Assembly: GCA_043821645.1 (NCBI GenBank) | Contig: JBDRCO010000049.1 | Location: 1-64,000, forward strand | Direction: 5' to 3' | Length of the DNA stretch: 64,000 nt | Origin: Pseudomonadota bacterium | GTDB lineage: Bacteria > Myxococcota > JACRCW01 > JAFGSX01 | Shown here: piece after piece, positions 18,801 through 29,319 of the stretch | Layout: every line of letters begins with the position of its first letter | Numbering within the stretch: position 1 is the stretch's first letter | Position numbers and translations under genes: made by a program | The notes under the pieces: model-generated | Databases searched by the model: none | Told to the model about the DNA's origin: nothing | Seen by the model: only the letters and a program-made list of their open reading frames with translations

Positions 18801-21800
18801 TCAGAAGCTGTAGCCGAAGAGGATGTGCGGCGTGACCGCGGGCAGGCGTAAGGGATCCACGGCCAGATCGAGTGCCACAGGTCCCACCGGCGTCACGTAG
18901 CGCAGACCCGTGCCCAGCCCCACACCCATGCGGTGGTTCTGCAGGTCGCTGACGGTGCTGGTCAGCAGGTCGTCAAAGCGCGGGCTCTCATCGGAGACAT
19001 AGGCCGCGTCGATGAACACAGCCCACTGCACGTCGCCAATCCACAGGTGACCCAGGTTGAGTCGCGCTTCGACGTTGGCCACCACGCCGAGCAGCCCGGG
19101 CTTCACCACCACTGCGGGTTCGCAGTTCAGATCCGGCTGCGCATCGCACTCGTCGCTGCTGCGGCGGAGCCCGTCGTGGTCGATGAACAGGGGCTGGCCC
19201 CGGCCGTCGACCACACGCTGGGGCACACCGATGGATCCGAGTTCGTGGCCACGCACGGTGCGATCCCCGCCCGCCAGGATGAGCTCGCGTTCCGGGATGA
19301 GGCGCCGATCGGCCAGGCGGTAGCTCGGGTCGAGGAGCGCGCCGAGCGCCGTGCGCAAGCTCCCGGCGAGGGTGAGGCGGCCGATGCTGTAGTAGGCCTG
19401 GACACCACCGGCCAGTACCGCGAAGTCGCCCTCACCGAGCAGATAGCGCGACCCCAAGGTGGTGCTCACCTGCACCTGCACACCAGACCGGGGGTTGAAG
19501 GGATTGTCGATGTCCCGGTACTGCAGCCGAAGAGCCACCGCACCGACGCGCACGCAGTCGATGAACTCGTCGCGGCAGGTCTGCGACGGATCGCTGAGCA
19601 CAGGCCCGACCAGGCCGAAATCGTAGCGCGCCGGGTTGCCCAGGGAATGTGCGTCGAACGAGAGTTCGTAGGATGTGCTCACCATGATGCGTTCGCTTAC
19701 CGCCAGGTCGAGCTGGAGGCGCGTCGACACCGAGTGCGTGCGCTGCATGTCCGCGTCGAGTTGCAGGTTGTCGAGGAAGGAACGGCGTCCGCCGGGGCGA
19801 TCCGACAGGTCATAGCCCCCGCTGAGCGTCAGGGTGAGCGGGGTTCCCCAGATCCGCGGCCAGGCCGCGCGGGTCCTGGCAAAGGTGTGGCGGCCGATGA
19901 AGAGACCGAAACGGCCTGCGAGATCGACGTCCACCATGCGTCCCAGCAAGTTGCGTTCCCGGAGCTCGGCCTCGAGCCCGAACAGGTCTGCGGTGGAGAA
20001 GTTGAGCGAGGTATCCAGGCTCAGGCTCGGCTTCTCCTCGAGCGAGACCTGATAGGCCAGGTTGGGCTTGCGCGTCTCGATGCCGATGTAGCGTCCGCGG
20101 ACGCGGGTGAAGAGACCTGTCCGCCGCAGCCGGCGGAGCCCGGCCGAGACCTCACGCGGATCCAGGGCCGCCCCGGGCTCGATGGCCATCTCACGGTTGA
20201 TGACATCGCGTGCTGTATCGAGGTGGCCGTCCACGAGTAGGCTGGAGAGTCGTGCCCGCGGACCCTCGACGACCAGGATGTGCAGGGCCGGTCTGCCCGC
20301 CTGATCGAAGTCGGTGAGCAGCTCGGCCTCGGCGTAGGGAAAACCGCGCTCCGCATACAGCCCGATGATCCGACCGCGGTCCACGTCGAGGGCCTCGACC
20401 AGGAACGGGCCCCCGACCTGGTGCAGCATCACCTTCCGTAGCTCGTCGCAGGACAGCGATGGAGTCCCGGTACAGGCGATCTCGGCGAGCGTGAAGCTGT
20501 CGCCGAGGTTGCTGCGGAACTTCACGCGCAACCGATCGCGCCCATCGCGTTCGAGGTCTGCCACAACCGACGCCTCGGGATAACCCCGCGCGACGAGGGT
20601 GCGCTCGATGTGTCGCCGATCCGCCTCGACGATCTCGTCCACGGCGTGTCCCAGCTTATCCCAGCCGAGCCAGGCCTCGAGGGGCGCCGGCACGAAGCGC
20701 AGCAGGGACAGGGTCAGGTCCTCCAGGCCGTGGGGTTCACGAGACCGCGTTCCCAGCGTGAGCTGCTCGCGCAATGCGTGCTCGGTCAGGGGCGGCGGGA
20801 CCCGGATCTGCACTTCGGCCACGTCGAGCCGGGGGCCCCGTTGCAGGTGGTAGCGCACCTGCACGTGGCGCATGTCCGGCTCCGCTCGTTCGGCTTTCAC
20901 CTCGGCCAGGGGAAAGCCGTGCTCCTGCAGATAGCGCCGCAGAGCCTGGCGCCCGCTCTCCACCTCGGTGTCGTCCGTGGTGCCGCTGTCAGCGAAGCTG
21001 AGCTGGTCGCGCAGTGCGGTGGCGTCGCCCAGGACCTCACCCTCGAGCAGAACCTCGAGGTGGGGGCCCGGGTGCACGCGCACCAGCAGGTCCACCGTGC
21101 GCGCCTCGAGATCCACCGTGGGTCGGGCGCTGATCTGGGCTTCGGGGTGATTGCCCTGTTCGCGATGCTTCCGCTCGAGGGCGTCCACGCGTTCACGCAG
21201 GAACAACGGCGAGTACACCTCGAAGAACGAGGGCGTGAGACGCTGCCGGATCTCGAGAGCGGAGATCGGACCGGCTCCTTCCACGTCGATGCGACGCACC
21301 TGCAGCGTGTGTCCGCCCACGATGGTCACGCGGAGGTCCACCAGACGTCTGCTTCCGGCGACAGGCTCTGCTGTGATGCGAACCTCGGCACCAAAAATGC
21401 CCTCGCGCTCGAGGTAGTCCTGGATGCGGCGGCGCTGCCTCCCCACACGATCACTGGTGCCGTCGCGGTCAAGGTCCACGCGTTGCCCTGGTCGCAGGAA
21501 CAGACGCTTGGCCAGATCACTGCGCAGGATCCGAAAGGGGACCCCCTCGAAATGAATGCGGCGGATACTGCGGGCGACCGACAGCGCACATTGCAGGACC
21601 TGGTGGACGACGGCGCAGCGCGCGGCGCGGTAGCGGCTCAGCGCAAGAAGCTGTTGCTCGATCTGCTGCAGGCTTGGCGAGTCAATGTGCTCACCGCCCA
21701 GGGCGCGCACCATGGTTTCTATTTCCTGGACCTCTCCTGGCAAGGGCTCGTCGATGCGAACCTGCACCGCGCGCACGATGTGCAAGGTGGTTGGTGACGC

Positions 21801-21956
21801 AGGATGCGAACTGGGCGACACCCGAGCGGGTGACGGCTGCGATTCTGGCGCCGAGGCCGGTGCATCCTGCTCGGCGGCCCGGACCGCGGCTGGCACGGCG
21901 AGGGTGATGACAGAGAGGGCGCCCACGAGTGCGGCGGGCTGTGCGAGGGATCGCAT
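18801..21956 (-). CDS. Omp85 (BamA/TamA) family outer membrane protein
   Basis: Signal peptide, repeated POTRA-like units (Y...GFP.AEV), GGDRTVRGH (VRGY-like), GTGLRYVTPVGPVALD, terminal GYSF; TGATG overlap with upstream gene. Confidence 0.92.
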   Translation of the reverse strand: MRSLAQPAALVGALSVITLAVPAAVRAAEQDAPASAPESQPSPARVSPSSHPASPTTLHIVRAVQVRIDEPLPGEVQEIETMVRALGGEHIDSPSLQQIEQQLLALSRYRAARCAVVHQVLQCALSVARSIRRIHFEGVPFRILRSDLAKRLFLRPGQRVDLDRDGTSDRVGRQRRRIQDYLEREGIFGAEVRITAEPVAGSRRLVDLRVTIVGGHTLQVRRIDVEGAGPISALEIRQRLTPSFFEVYSPLFLRERVDALERKHREQGNHPEAQISARPTVDLEARTVDLLVRVHPGPHLEVLLEGEVLGDATALRDQLSFADSGTTDDTEVESGRQALRRYLQEHGFPLAEVKAERAEPDMRHVQVRYHLQRGPRLDVAEVQIRVPPPLTEHALREQLTLGTRSREPHGLEDLTLSLLRFVPAPLEAWLGWDKLGHAVDEIVEADRRHIERTLVARGYPEASVVADLERDGRDRLRVKFRSNLGDSFTLAEIACTGTPSLSCDELRKVMLHQVGGPFLVEALDVDRGRIIGLYAERGFPYAEAELLTDFDQAGRPALHILVVEGPRARLSSLLVDGHLDTARDVINREMAIEPGAALDPREVSAGLRRLRRTGLFTRVRGRYIGIETRKPNLAYQVSLEEKPSLSLDTSLNFSTADLFGLEAELRERNLLGRMVDVDLAGRFGLFIGRHTFARTRAAWPRIWGTPLTLTLSGGYDLSDRPGGRRSFLDNLQLDADMQRTHSVSTRLQLDLAVSERIMVSTSYELSFDAHSLGNPARYDFGLVGPVLSDPSQTCRDEFIDCVRVGAVALRLQYRDIDNPFNPRSGVQVQVSTTLGSRYLLGEGDFAVLAGGVQAYYSIGRLTLAGSLRTALGALLDPSYRLADRRLIPERELILAGGDRTVRGHELGSIGVPQRVVDGRGQPLFIDHDGLRRSSDECDAQPDLNCEPAVVVKPGLLGVVANVEARLNLGHLWIGDVQWAVFIDAAYVSDESPRFDDLLTSTVSDLQNHRMGVGLGTGLRYVTPVGPVALDLAVDPLRLPAVTPHILFGYSF

Positions 21957-24900
21957 CACAGCTCGAAGATCCGCATCGTGAGCTTGAGATCCCACGTGCT
22001 GTAGACGTTGGCAGCCATGGATAGATTGGTGGCGCTGGCTTCGAAAGCCACGCTATTCGCGATGGGAAGGTTGTCGGAGAGGAGCAGCCGGCCTCGCACT
22101 GCGTGACGCAGCGTTCCCGCGGCGATCGTGCCGTCACTGGCGCCCGGGTCCTCGATGTCGAAGAAGGAGACGCTGGTCTCGCCCTCGAACTGCAGGCGCC
22201 GGTCCACGTCCCAGCGCAGCCCTGTCCTCGCTCCGGTCGCGCCGGTCTCCAGGACCAGATCCACCGTGCGGTCGTCGTCGCCACCCACCAGCTGCTGCAG
22301 TGTCCCCTCGACCTGGCGCTCCACGTCTCCCAGCAGTTCCCTCGACACCAGGCGCACCGCCGCGTCGCGGCTCGTCTCGTTGAGAAGGGCTCCTAGCGAA
22401 CGGCCCGTCGCCAGCAGACTCAGCAACTCGGCGCGGGAGAGGCGCTCGCCGGACTCGTCGGATCGGATGTCCATCTGCATGCGCTCGAGATCGCCCTCCA
22501 GACTCAGTTCCACCGGGAGTTCGGCGCCCGTCGGACTCTGGGCGGGTTCGATGACCGCACTGGCACGCAACTCGACCCGTGGCACCAGGCGGCGGTCTGG
22601 CCGCGGCGGGAAATCCACGGTGGCAGTCTCCACATCGAGGGTGCTGCTGAGGAGTGACACGGTTCCCTCGGTCACGTCCACAACACCGGTCAGGCTGGGG
22701 TCGCGCAGCGTGCCCCCCAGACGCAGATCGCTGCTTCCGTTGACGTCGATGATCAGACTCCCCATGTCCGCGTGGGCCCGCAGGTCCGTGCCAGTGATCT
22801 GCAAGTCCAGCGTCATCGCCGCGAGCTGGGGCAGGCGCTGCGCCAGCGGGGTGCCCTCGTCGGCTGTCGACGCTGTGGCAATGAAGTTGCTCAGGCGATA
22901 GCGCTCGCGAAAGCGCCCCTCGACGACCTCCACCGAACCCCGCAGGGCCGGTGCTGAGGCGTCTCCGATCAGCGAGAGGTCGGCGTTGATCTCGCCGCGA
23001 ATGCGCTCCAGCCGCAGCATCACATTCTCGGCGCGTCCTTGCAGGTCGTAGTGTGTGATCGCGCCGTGGTCCAGGCGTACACGGCCGTCGAGCACGGCTT
23101 CACCCCCGAGCCCGCGCATGGCGATGGCGTCGGCGCGGATCTCCTCATCCGCAAAGCGCAGCTCGCCACCGCTGAACTCGATGGGTTTGCCCAGCGCGCG
23201 CGGTGTGATGGTGGCGCCGGGCTGCGGCCTGAGATGACCCCGGATCAGCATCTGCTCGGCACTGCCGCCCAGAGTGAGCGCCGCACTGCACTGGCCGTCC
23301 GCCGAGGTGACCTCCGTGGTCAGCAGCTTGAGCACGACCAGAGCCAGATTGCCCTCCAGCTGCAGGTCGATCGCTTCGGGGGCGTAGCTGCCGGCGATCC
23401 TGAAGCGCGAGCCGCCGCTCTCCATGTGGGTTTCCGGAAGGCTCACGCGGGAGCCCTCGATTTGCACCACGGTGGGAGCGACCAACACGATGGGTCGTGC
23501 CGGGGGAAGCACGATCTGGGCAGTCGCGAGACGGGCGTCGAGCTCCAGCTTGTCCTGGCGACCACCGTCGTAACGCACCTGCACCGTACCGTCGAGCAGC
23601 CCGCTGCCGCCGCGCTCGCGCAGGGAGGCCACGAAGGGTTCGGGAGCGAAGGCCTTGAGATGCAGCAGCGAATCTCCCCGCAGCGACGGGCCAGCCCAGG
23701 ACAGGCGGCCCTCGCCCTCGAGCTGGTTCAGGGCTTGAAGCGAAAAGTGTAGCTCCTGTCCTGCCAGGTCCGCCGAAAGCAGCGCGCCCCCACGGGCCTT
23801 GCCGTCGACGAGCACACGCCGCGCCCGCACCTGCGCCACGCCTTGCAGACGATCGAGCGGGCCCGAGATCTCGACATCAGCATCGAGGGGGCCATCCAGG
23901 CCGCGTCCTCCCTCGACACGCGCCAGGGCCAGGGTCAGGGGGACTTCGCGGGCCCACGCCTGTCCCTGCATCGACTTCGCTGCCAGATCTACTCGTGTCT
24001 GGACGCGCACGCCCTGGGTGCGCTTGTCCGGCGCCCGTGGCCTGCAGGGCTGCAGCGATCTCTCCGGTCCCAGTGCGTTGACCTCGACCATGAGGGTGTT
24101 CTCACGCAGGCAGAGCACCGCATCCGCAGGCCCGGTCGAGCGATCGGCGTAGCGCAGGTCGTCGACACGCAGCCTTCCGAACACGAGGGGCCTGTCGCGG
24201 ACCCCGGACAGGCTCGCCTCACCCTGAAGGGTTCCCCCAAGGCCTTGGGCGCGAAGATACGGGAGCTGCTCGACCGGCATGGGCCCAATTTCCAGGGCAC
24301 CGTCCAGCGCGCCGCCGTCGAGGTCAAGCAGGACGTGGCCGCTGACCCAGGGCTGCACGGTGTTGGTATCGTCGGGCCACAAGCGCAGTCCCTGCACGCG
24401 AACCGACCGGCCTGCCAGCTCGCCGTCGAGGAGCGCGCGGTAGGGTCCGCCTCCAGACCAGCGCAGGTCTCGCCCCACCGCCGTCCACGTGACCATGGGT
24501 GCGTCGAGCGATCCTCCCAGCACGGCTGCTAGGTCTGCACGGCCCTGCAGGCCCTGAACGTCGGGTGCCAGGGACTGCAACTTCGCGGACGCGAGCTGTG
24601 CACTTCCGGACAGGGTGCGCTCGCCGGTGAGGCCGATGTCCGCCTGCCCCTCGAGAACACCATCGGCCAGGTTGCCGCGCACTTCTTCCAGGTGCAGCGC
24701 CGTGCCGTCGAGATCGAGCAGCGCCTGGACCTCTGTCACGGCCACACCACTCCACTCGCCACGGGTCAAAGTCGTGGTTCCGCGCAGCACCACATGCTTG
24801 AACGAGCCCGTGGCCCGGCCCGCGAGCATGAGTCCCTCGACGGACAGGCCCGCTACTGGCTGGCGCAGTAGAGCCTCGGCCCGAGGAGACTTGACCACCA

Positions 24901-26281
24901 GCTCCAGGTTGAGTTCCTTCTCAGTCAGGAACACCTTGCCACTGCTCTTGACGTCCACGATCGGACCTCGAAGCCGGGCGTCATCCAGCACCAGCCTCGT
25001 TTTCTCGAGTCGTCCCTTTGCCCGCAGCTCGTGAGGAGTGCGAACCAGCACCGCACCAGATTCGAAGCGGCGCAGGGTGCCGCGCAGATCGAGATCCAGA
25101 GCTTGCGTGTCGCCCAGAGGACCGCTGGCGCGCAGGGTGCCGTCGACCACCCCGCTCAGCGACGCCACCCGGGACAGCTCGGCGAGCGAGCTGCCGCCCA
25201 GCTCGATCTGGGCGTCCAGCACCAGCCCCTTGAAGCGCAGCGACGCCGAGCCCGAGGTGTTGCCCCCTGCGATTCGCGCCTTGAGGTCGCTGCTGCGCAA
25301 GCCCTTGACGTCGACGCGCACGGTGCCCCGTGCCTGGCGGATCGGGGTCCCCACCACCTCGAGGTCGACGGGTTGGATCGCGAGGTCCAGCTCCGGTTTC
25401 TCGAGGACGCCTTGCATGCGCAGAGCCGCCTTCACTGCACCGGCCTTGAGGTCGGGTCGGTCCAGACCCTCGGGCCAGTAACCCGCGGGGACCTGCAGGT
25501 CGCCTCGCAGGTCGTAGGCGCCCTTGCCGTCCCACGCGATGCTCCCCTGCACCCGGTTCGGCAGGCCCTGAACCGCGAAATCCAGGCGCGGCGTGCTCAG
25601 CCCCTTCTCGCTGACGCTCAGCGATGGCAGACGCAGGTCTTCACCGGTCAGCTTGAGCTCGCCCAGCTGCACCACCAGCCGGCGCGCGCTGGCAGAGGTT
25701 TCGATGCGCAGCTTGCCGTCACCCAGGTGGAGCTCGCCATTCATGCCCAGGCTGGCCGCAGCAATGGCGAGATCGTCCTTTCTGAACAGCACACTGGCGT
25801 CACTGGTGGACAGCCCTTCGAGAATCACGGTCAGGGGCGAATCGTCGCCAGGAGCGGCCTTGGTCTTGAAAGCGCGGGCGATGTTGAGGCCCTTCTTGTC
25901 GACGACGAGCGAGAGTTTGAGTCCTGCCACAGGTGCGCGCACCACGCGCAGAGTGCGGCTGGCCAGCGCGCCCACATCGACCATGGCCTCCAGGCGCTCG
26001 GCCGTGGCAACGCGCTTGCCCTCGGGGTCGAGGATGGACAGGCCCTCGGCCACAATAGTGTCAGGTACCCTCCAGCTAAGTTTCTGCACGCGCAGGCTGC
26101 CCGCGATGCGGCGGTTGATCTCGGACAGGATCAGCGGAGGCAGGCGCTCGCCCGGCGACCAGCCCGCGCCCCGAAGGTCGTGGCGTGGCCACAGCAGCGC
26201 GAGCAGCACGGACAGCGCGAGAAGTCGTGGCAGGCGATGACGCACGACACGCGTTGTACCACGACGTCGAGGGCGAACCAA
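21956..26281 (-). CDS. TamB/AsmA-like translocation-assembly module protein
   Basis: N-terminal anchor, long Gly/Leu beta-rich repeats (G.L..P), adjacent to Omp85 gene; start codon uncertain. Confidence 0.85.
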   Translation of the reverse strand: MVRPRRRGTTRVVRHRLPRLLALSVLLALLWPRHDLRGAGWSPGERLPPLILSEINRRIAGSLRVQKLSWRVPDTIVAEGLSILDPEGKRVATAERLEAMVDVGALASRTLRVVRAPVAGLKLSLVVDKKGLNIARAFKTKAAPGDDSPLTVILEGLSTSDASVLFRKDDLAIAAASLGMNGELHLGDGKLRIETSASARRLVVQLGELKLTGEDLRLPSLSVSEKGLSTPRLDFAVQGLPNRVQGSIAWDGKGAYDLRGDLQVPAGYWPEGLDRPDLKAGAVKAALRMQGVLEKPELDLAIQPVDLEVVGTPIRQARGTVRVDVKGLRSSDLKARIAGGNTSGSASLRFKGLVLDAQIELGGSSLAELSRVASLSGVVDGTLRASGPLGDTQALDLDLRGTLRRFESGAVLVRTPHELRAKGRLEKTRLVLDDARLRGPIVDVKSSGKVFLTEKELNLELVVKSPRAEALLRQPVAGLSVEGLMLAGRATGSFKHVVLRGTTTLTRGEWSGVAVTEVQALLDLDGTALHLEEVRGNLADGVLEGQADIGLTGERTLSGSAQLASAKLQSLAPDVQGLQGRADLAAVLGGSLDAPMVTWTAVGRDLRWSGGGPYRALLDGELAGRSVRVQGLRLWPDDTNTVQPWVSGHVLLDLDGGALDGALEIGPMPVEQLPYLRAQGLGGTLQGEASLSGVRDRPLVFGRLRVDDLRYADRSTGPADAVLCLRENTLMVEVNALGPERSLQPCRPRAPDKRTQGVRVQTRVDLAAKSMQGQAWAREVPLTLALARVEGGRGLDGPLDADVEISGPLDRLQGVAQVRARRVLVDGKARGGALLSADLAGQELHFSLQALNQLEGEGRLSWAGPSLRGDSLLHLKAFAPEPFVASLRERGGSGLLDGTVQVRYDGGRQDKLELDARLATAQIVLPPARPIVLVAPTVVQIEGSRVSLPETHMESGGSRFRIAGSYAPEAIDLQLEGNLALVVLKLLTTEVTSADGQCSAALTLGGSAEQMLIRGHLRPQPGATITPRALGKPIEFSGGELRFADEEIRADAIAMRGLGGEAVLDGRVRLDHGAITHYDLQGRAENVMLRLERIRGEINADLSLIGDASAPALRGSVEVVEGRFRERYRLSNFIATASTADEGTPLAQRLPQLAAMTLDLQITGTDLRAHADMGSLIIDVNGSSDLRLGGTLRDPSLTGVVDVTEGTVSLLSSTLDVETATVDFPPRPDRRLVPRVELRASAVIEPAQSPTGAELPVELSLEGDLERMQMDIRSDESGERLSRAELLSLLATGRSLGALLNETSRDAAVRLVSRELLGDVERQVEGTLQQLVGGDDDRTVDLVLETGATGARTGLRWDVDRRLQFEGETSVSFFDIEDPGASDGTIAAGTLRHAVRGRLLLSDNLPIANSVAFEASATNLSMAANVYSTWDLKLTMRIFEL

Positions 26282-26311
26282 CGCGGTGCGCGATTCGAGG
26301 TGCCCGCGTGT

Positions 26312-26860
26312 TTACCCGTCGTGGTGAGGCGAGTCCATTTTGGATGCCAGGCCTTTGAGCTCGGCGAAGGCTGAACCATAGCGCCGGCCCGCCCGCAGCA
26401 GGGTGCTCGGTTAGAAGGTGCCACGCCACAGGATGCCGCCCCGCGCCCTGCCGAGCACACCGCTGCGGATCATGGAGTAGCTCGTGTGCAGCACGACCAG
26501 TGGGTAGAAGACCAGATTTCCTGACGAACGGAGATTGAGGCGATTGGAGGTGAGTTGCGTGGTCGTGGCAACGGTCAGGGCGAGCACGCCAGCGGCCAGG
26601 CTCCACGGTGTGCGCGCCAGGGCCAGGATGAAAAATGCAGACAGCTCCACCAGGGTGACGGCAAGGCCCATACCCAGCAGGCGCAGCAAGCTGAAGTTGC
26701 CAATGGCCGTGAAAGATGCGCGCTCGGCACTGATCAATGCGTCGCGGATGCTCGCGTGGAACACCAGGTCGACGAGGGCCTGGCCTTGCACCACCGACTG
26801 CCGCGCTCCACTGGCCTTGAGCATCTCGCCCAGGGTGAGGTCGTCTGCAACCTCCCGGGT
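26312..26860 (-). pseudogene. 3' remnant of a GT2 glycosyltransferase
   Basis: EVADDLTLGEMLK, TM helices, GGILWRGTF*PSTLLRAG (TAA at 26411-26413 where Tyr is expected); catalytic N-terminal part absent. Confidence 0.72.
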
Positions 26861-26864
26861 CTGC

Positions 26865-27797
26865 TCAAGATCGTTCTGCTGTGCGCCGGGCTTGCGCCAG
26901 GCTGCGTCGACGTAGCAAGGGAAACAGCTTCGAGACCAGGGCGACTGCGAGGAAGCCGCCGGCAAGCCAGAGCCCTGTCAGGGTGCCTCCCTGGATTCCC
27001 GGTTCGAGCAAGGCCACCGTCGGATCATCCGGGTTGTAGCGCACCTGGACCCTGCGGCCGGCCGGATAGCGCTGCACGGCCCCGGCCGCGGTGGCGTCGT
27101 CGTACTGAGTCTCGGCGACGCGCTCCCCTCGGTACTCCTGGTGCTGCGCGCTGTAAGTGTAGATGACTTCGGGCCAGTACACCTCGGTTCGCTGCGTTCC
27201 ACCGCTTCGCGACCTATCGGCGCTGAAACTCCCTCCACCTGTGCGCGAACTGCTCGATTCGTGTCGTACCCTCGACGACAGGATCTGGCCCTGGGCAGTG
27301 GGCCAGGTGAGAGACCGCGAGGCCCGGATCAGATCGAGTACCCCTCCGACGCCGAACCAGAGTATGAAGGGGAGCAGGATGCCGACGAGAAACCAGCGTT
27401 CAAAAAATGTACCCCCGGGGCGCGCGCCCGCCAGGGCCGCGACCGCTTCCTCCACCCTGCCCCGGTCGAGGCAGGATTGTAGCCGTGCAAAGAGCACGCG
27501 CGAGGTGTCGCTGTCCCGGAGTGCATGCTCCACCTGGGCCAGAGCGTGCGTGCGGGCCTCGAGATAGGTCCGTACGGTCAGCACCAGGGGGTCATCGGCC
27601 CGCTCCATGAGCAGGTCGAGCGCCTCCTGCACCTCACCCCCGGTCAGGATTGAGTGGAGCCGGTTGAGCAGTCGTCGCTGCTTCTCGTCGTCGAGATCCA
27701 GTCTGCCCTTGAACGCAGCCAGCGCCGCCGAGAATTCCGCCAGCCCCGAGAGGGCTCGCAGCTCGTCGGCAAGATGCTCCTGCTGGCTCTGCTTCAC
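26865..27797 (-). CDS. DUF3592-like membrane protein
   Basis: TM helix, SLTWPTAQGQILSS, YWPEVIYTY, RYPAGRRVQVRYNPDDP..ALLE, second TM helix. Confidence 0.85.
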   Translation of the reverse strand: MKQSQQEHLADELRALSGLAEFSAALAAFKGRLDLDDEKQRRLLNRLHSILTGGEVQEALDLLMERADDPLVLTVRTYLEARTHALAQVEHALRDSDTSRVLFARLQSCLDRGRVEEAVAALAGARPGGTFFERWFLVGILLPFILWFGVGGVLDLIRASRSLTWPTAQGQILSSRVRHESSSSRTGGGSFSADRSRSGGTQRTEVYWPEVIYTYSAQHQEYRGERVAETQYDDATAAGAVQRYPAGRRVQVRYNPDDPTVALLEPGIQGGTLTGLWLAGGFLAVALVSKLFPLLRRRSLAQARRTAERS

Positions 27798-27948
27798 GAC
27801 GGCGCCTCGAAGTCCGGGAGTTTAGCAGGGAGGCGTGCGAGGTCGACAGGAGTAAGGCCTGAGCCGCCAGGATCGGTCGCCACTTGTCGCGCCCCGGCGC
27901 TATAGTATGACGCAGGCCGGCAGAGAACACTGCCGCGAGGAGCTCCTC

Positions 27949-29130
27949 ATGAGCAACCGAATACGAACCCAGGACGCCCGCACCGCCCTGCGCACCATTC
28001 TCGACGAGAAGACCCGCGAGGTGGCGGGCAACAACACGCTGGTCTCGAAGATAGAGGCCAAGAACCTGGATCCCTTTCTCAAACGCGCCGAGGAGGCGCT
28101 GCGAGTGGAGGGGGGCAAGGGCACTCGCGTCAGCGTCGACGCCCTGACCGAGCGCGCCATGGGCGATGCCATGGAGACCTGGAATGAGTTCAATCCGCCG
28201 GGTCAGGGTCTGGATAGCGCGCTCCTGGCCAAGGCCGAGCTGGCCGAGATTCGTGCTCGGGATCCCGAGCTGGGCGCACTTACCGAGCTGGCCATGTTGC
28301 GCGCGGGCAAGCGCGGTCAGAGCGCCGCAGCCGTGGTGCACGACTACTTTGCCAGCTTCGACTTCGCCAACCTGAACCTGCACGATGAGAGCGTGCCCGG
28401 CGGCCAGCGCATCGACGCCCGACCTGGCTTGCCCGGGCGCAGCGGTGTCCCGCAGGAGGTCCTCCAGGTGTTCGACCGCTACTACCAGGCCGAGCAGGCG
28501 GACTGGGCTTCGGTCAGCCTGCACCGCGGCACCGTGGGCGGCCACGACGTGTATGCCATCTACATGTCCACCGACGGCGACGATGCCTACCTGGAGACCT
28601 TTGATCGCCAGGGCAGCGCCCTGTGCTCGGCCCGCCTGCAAGCCGGTGAGCTGATGTGGGACGAGTTCGTGGGCCGTGCCCGCCTGGCCGTGCCCATCCT
28701 CAACCTGAGCAACGCGGTTCGCACCGAGGGCTACTCCGAGCCCGCCGAGCGGGCGGCCGCGGGCCAGATCCCCGTGGACTGGGCTCCCGAGGTCCGGGTG
28801 GACGCCGCCACCATCCATCACAGGGGATCCCTGCTTGGCGCCATCGACCTCGACCCGTCGAAGCTCGACGAGGAGCAGCGCCAGGTTGCTTTCGCGGGCC
28901 TCGGTCTGGCCTGGGAGCGCGTGTTGCAGCACCGCCCCGACGGCGACGCGGACCTGCAGATCGGGCCCCGCACCCAGGGCGTGCTCGAGGTTGGGAGCTT
29001 TGACAATCCGGTGGATGGCCAGCACTACCTGGTGGCCAACTGGAAGGATATCGACGACGGCAGCTCCACCTTTTACTTCCAGAAGACGGACCTCGGGCTC
29101 GAACTCAAGATCGACCAGTACAACAACTGA
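27949..29130 (+). CDS. Hypothetical protein
   Basis: GAGGAG RBS, strong GC3 bias, no signal peptide or recognised motif. Confidence 0.8.
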   Translation: MSNRIRTQDARTALRTILDEKTREVAGNNTLVSKIEAKNLDPFLKRAEEALRVEGGKGTRVSVDALTERAMGDAMETWNEFNPPGQGLDSALLAKAELAEIRARDPELGALTELAMLRAGKRGQSAAAVVHDYFASFDFANLNLHDESVPGGQRIDARPGLPGRSGVPQEVLQVFDRYYQAEQADWASVSLHRGTVGGHDVYAIYMSTDGDDAYLETFDRQGSALCSARLQAGELMWDEFVGRARLAVPILNLSNAVRTEGYSEPAERAAAGQIPVDWAPEVRVDAATIHHRGSLLGAIDLDPSKLDEEQRQVAFAGLGLAWERVLQHRPDGDADLQIGPRTQGVLEVGSFDNPVDGQHYLVANWKDIDDGSSTFYFQKTDLGLELKIDQYNN

Positions 29131-29319
29131 CAGCGCCACAACGTCCGGCTCGCGAGGGGCGGTGCTCTGGTGCACTGCGGACCCAGCGGCAGGCCGTGGG
29201 CGCGGCCCCGATGCACAAGTGCTCGGCGACGACGATGCCATCGTCCCCGGGCACCTGTCCCCGATACCTCCGAGGAGGTAGGCTCACGTCTCCCGCCAGA
29301 AAAATAGAGGACCCGCCCC

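Noticed and set aside
26130-26281. Possible compensating frameshifts in the tamB 5' end
   Set aside because: The short anchor and WPRHDLRG segment look odd, but the frame is open; this cannot be supported without reads.
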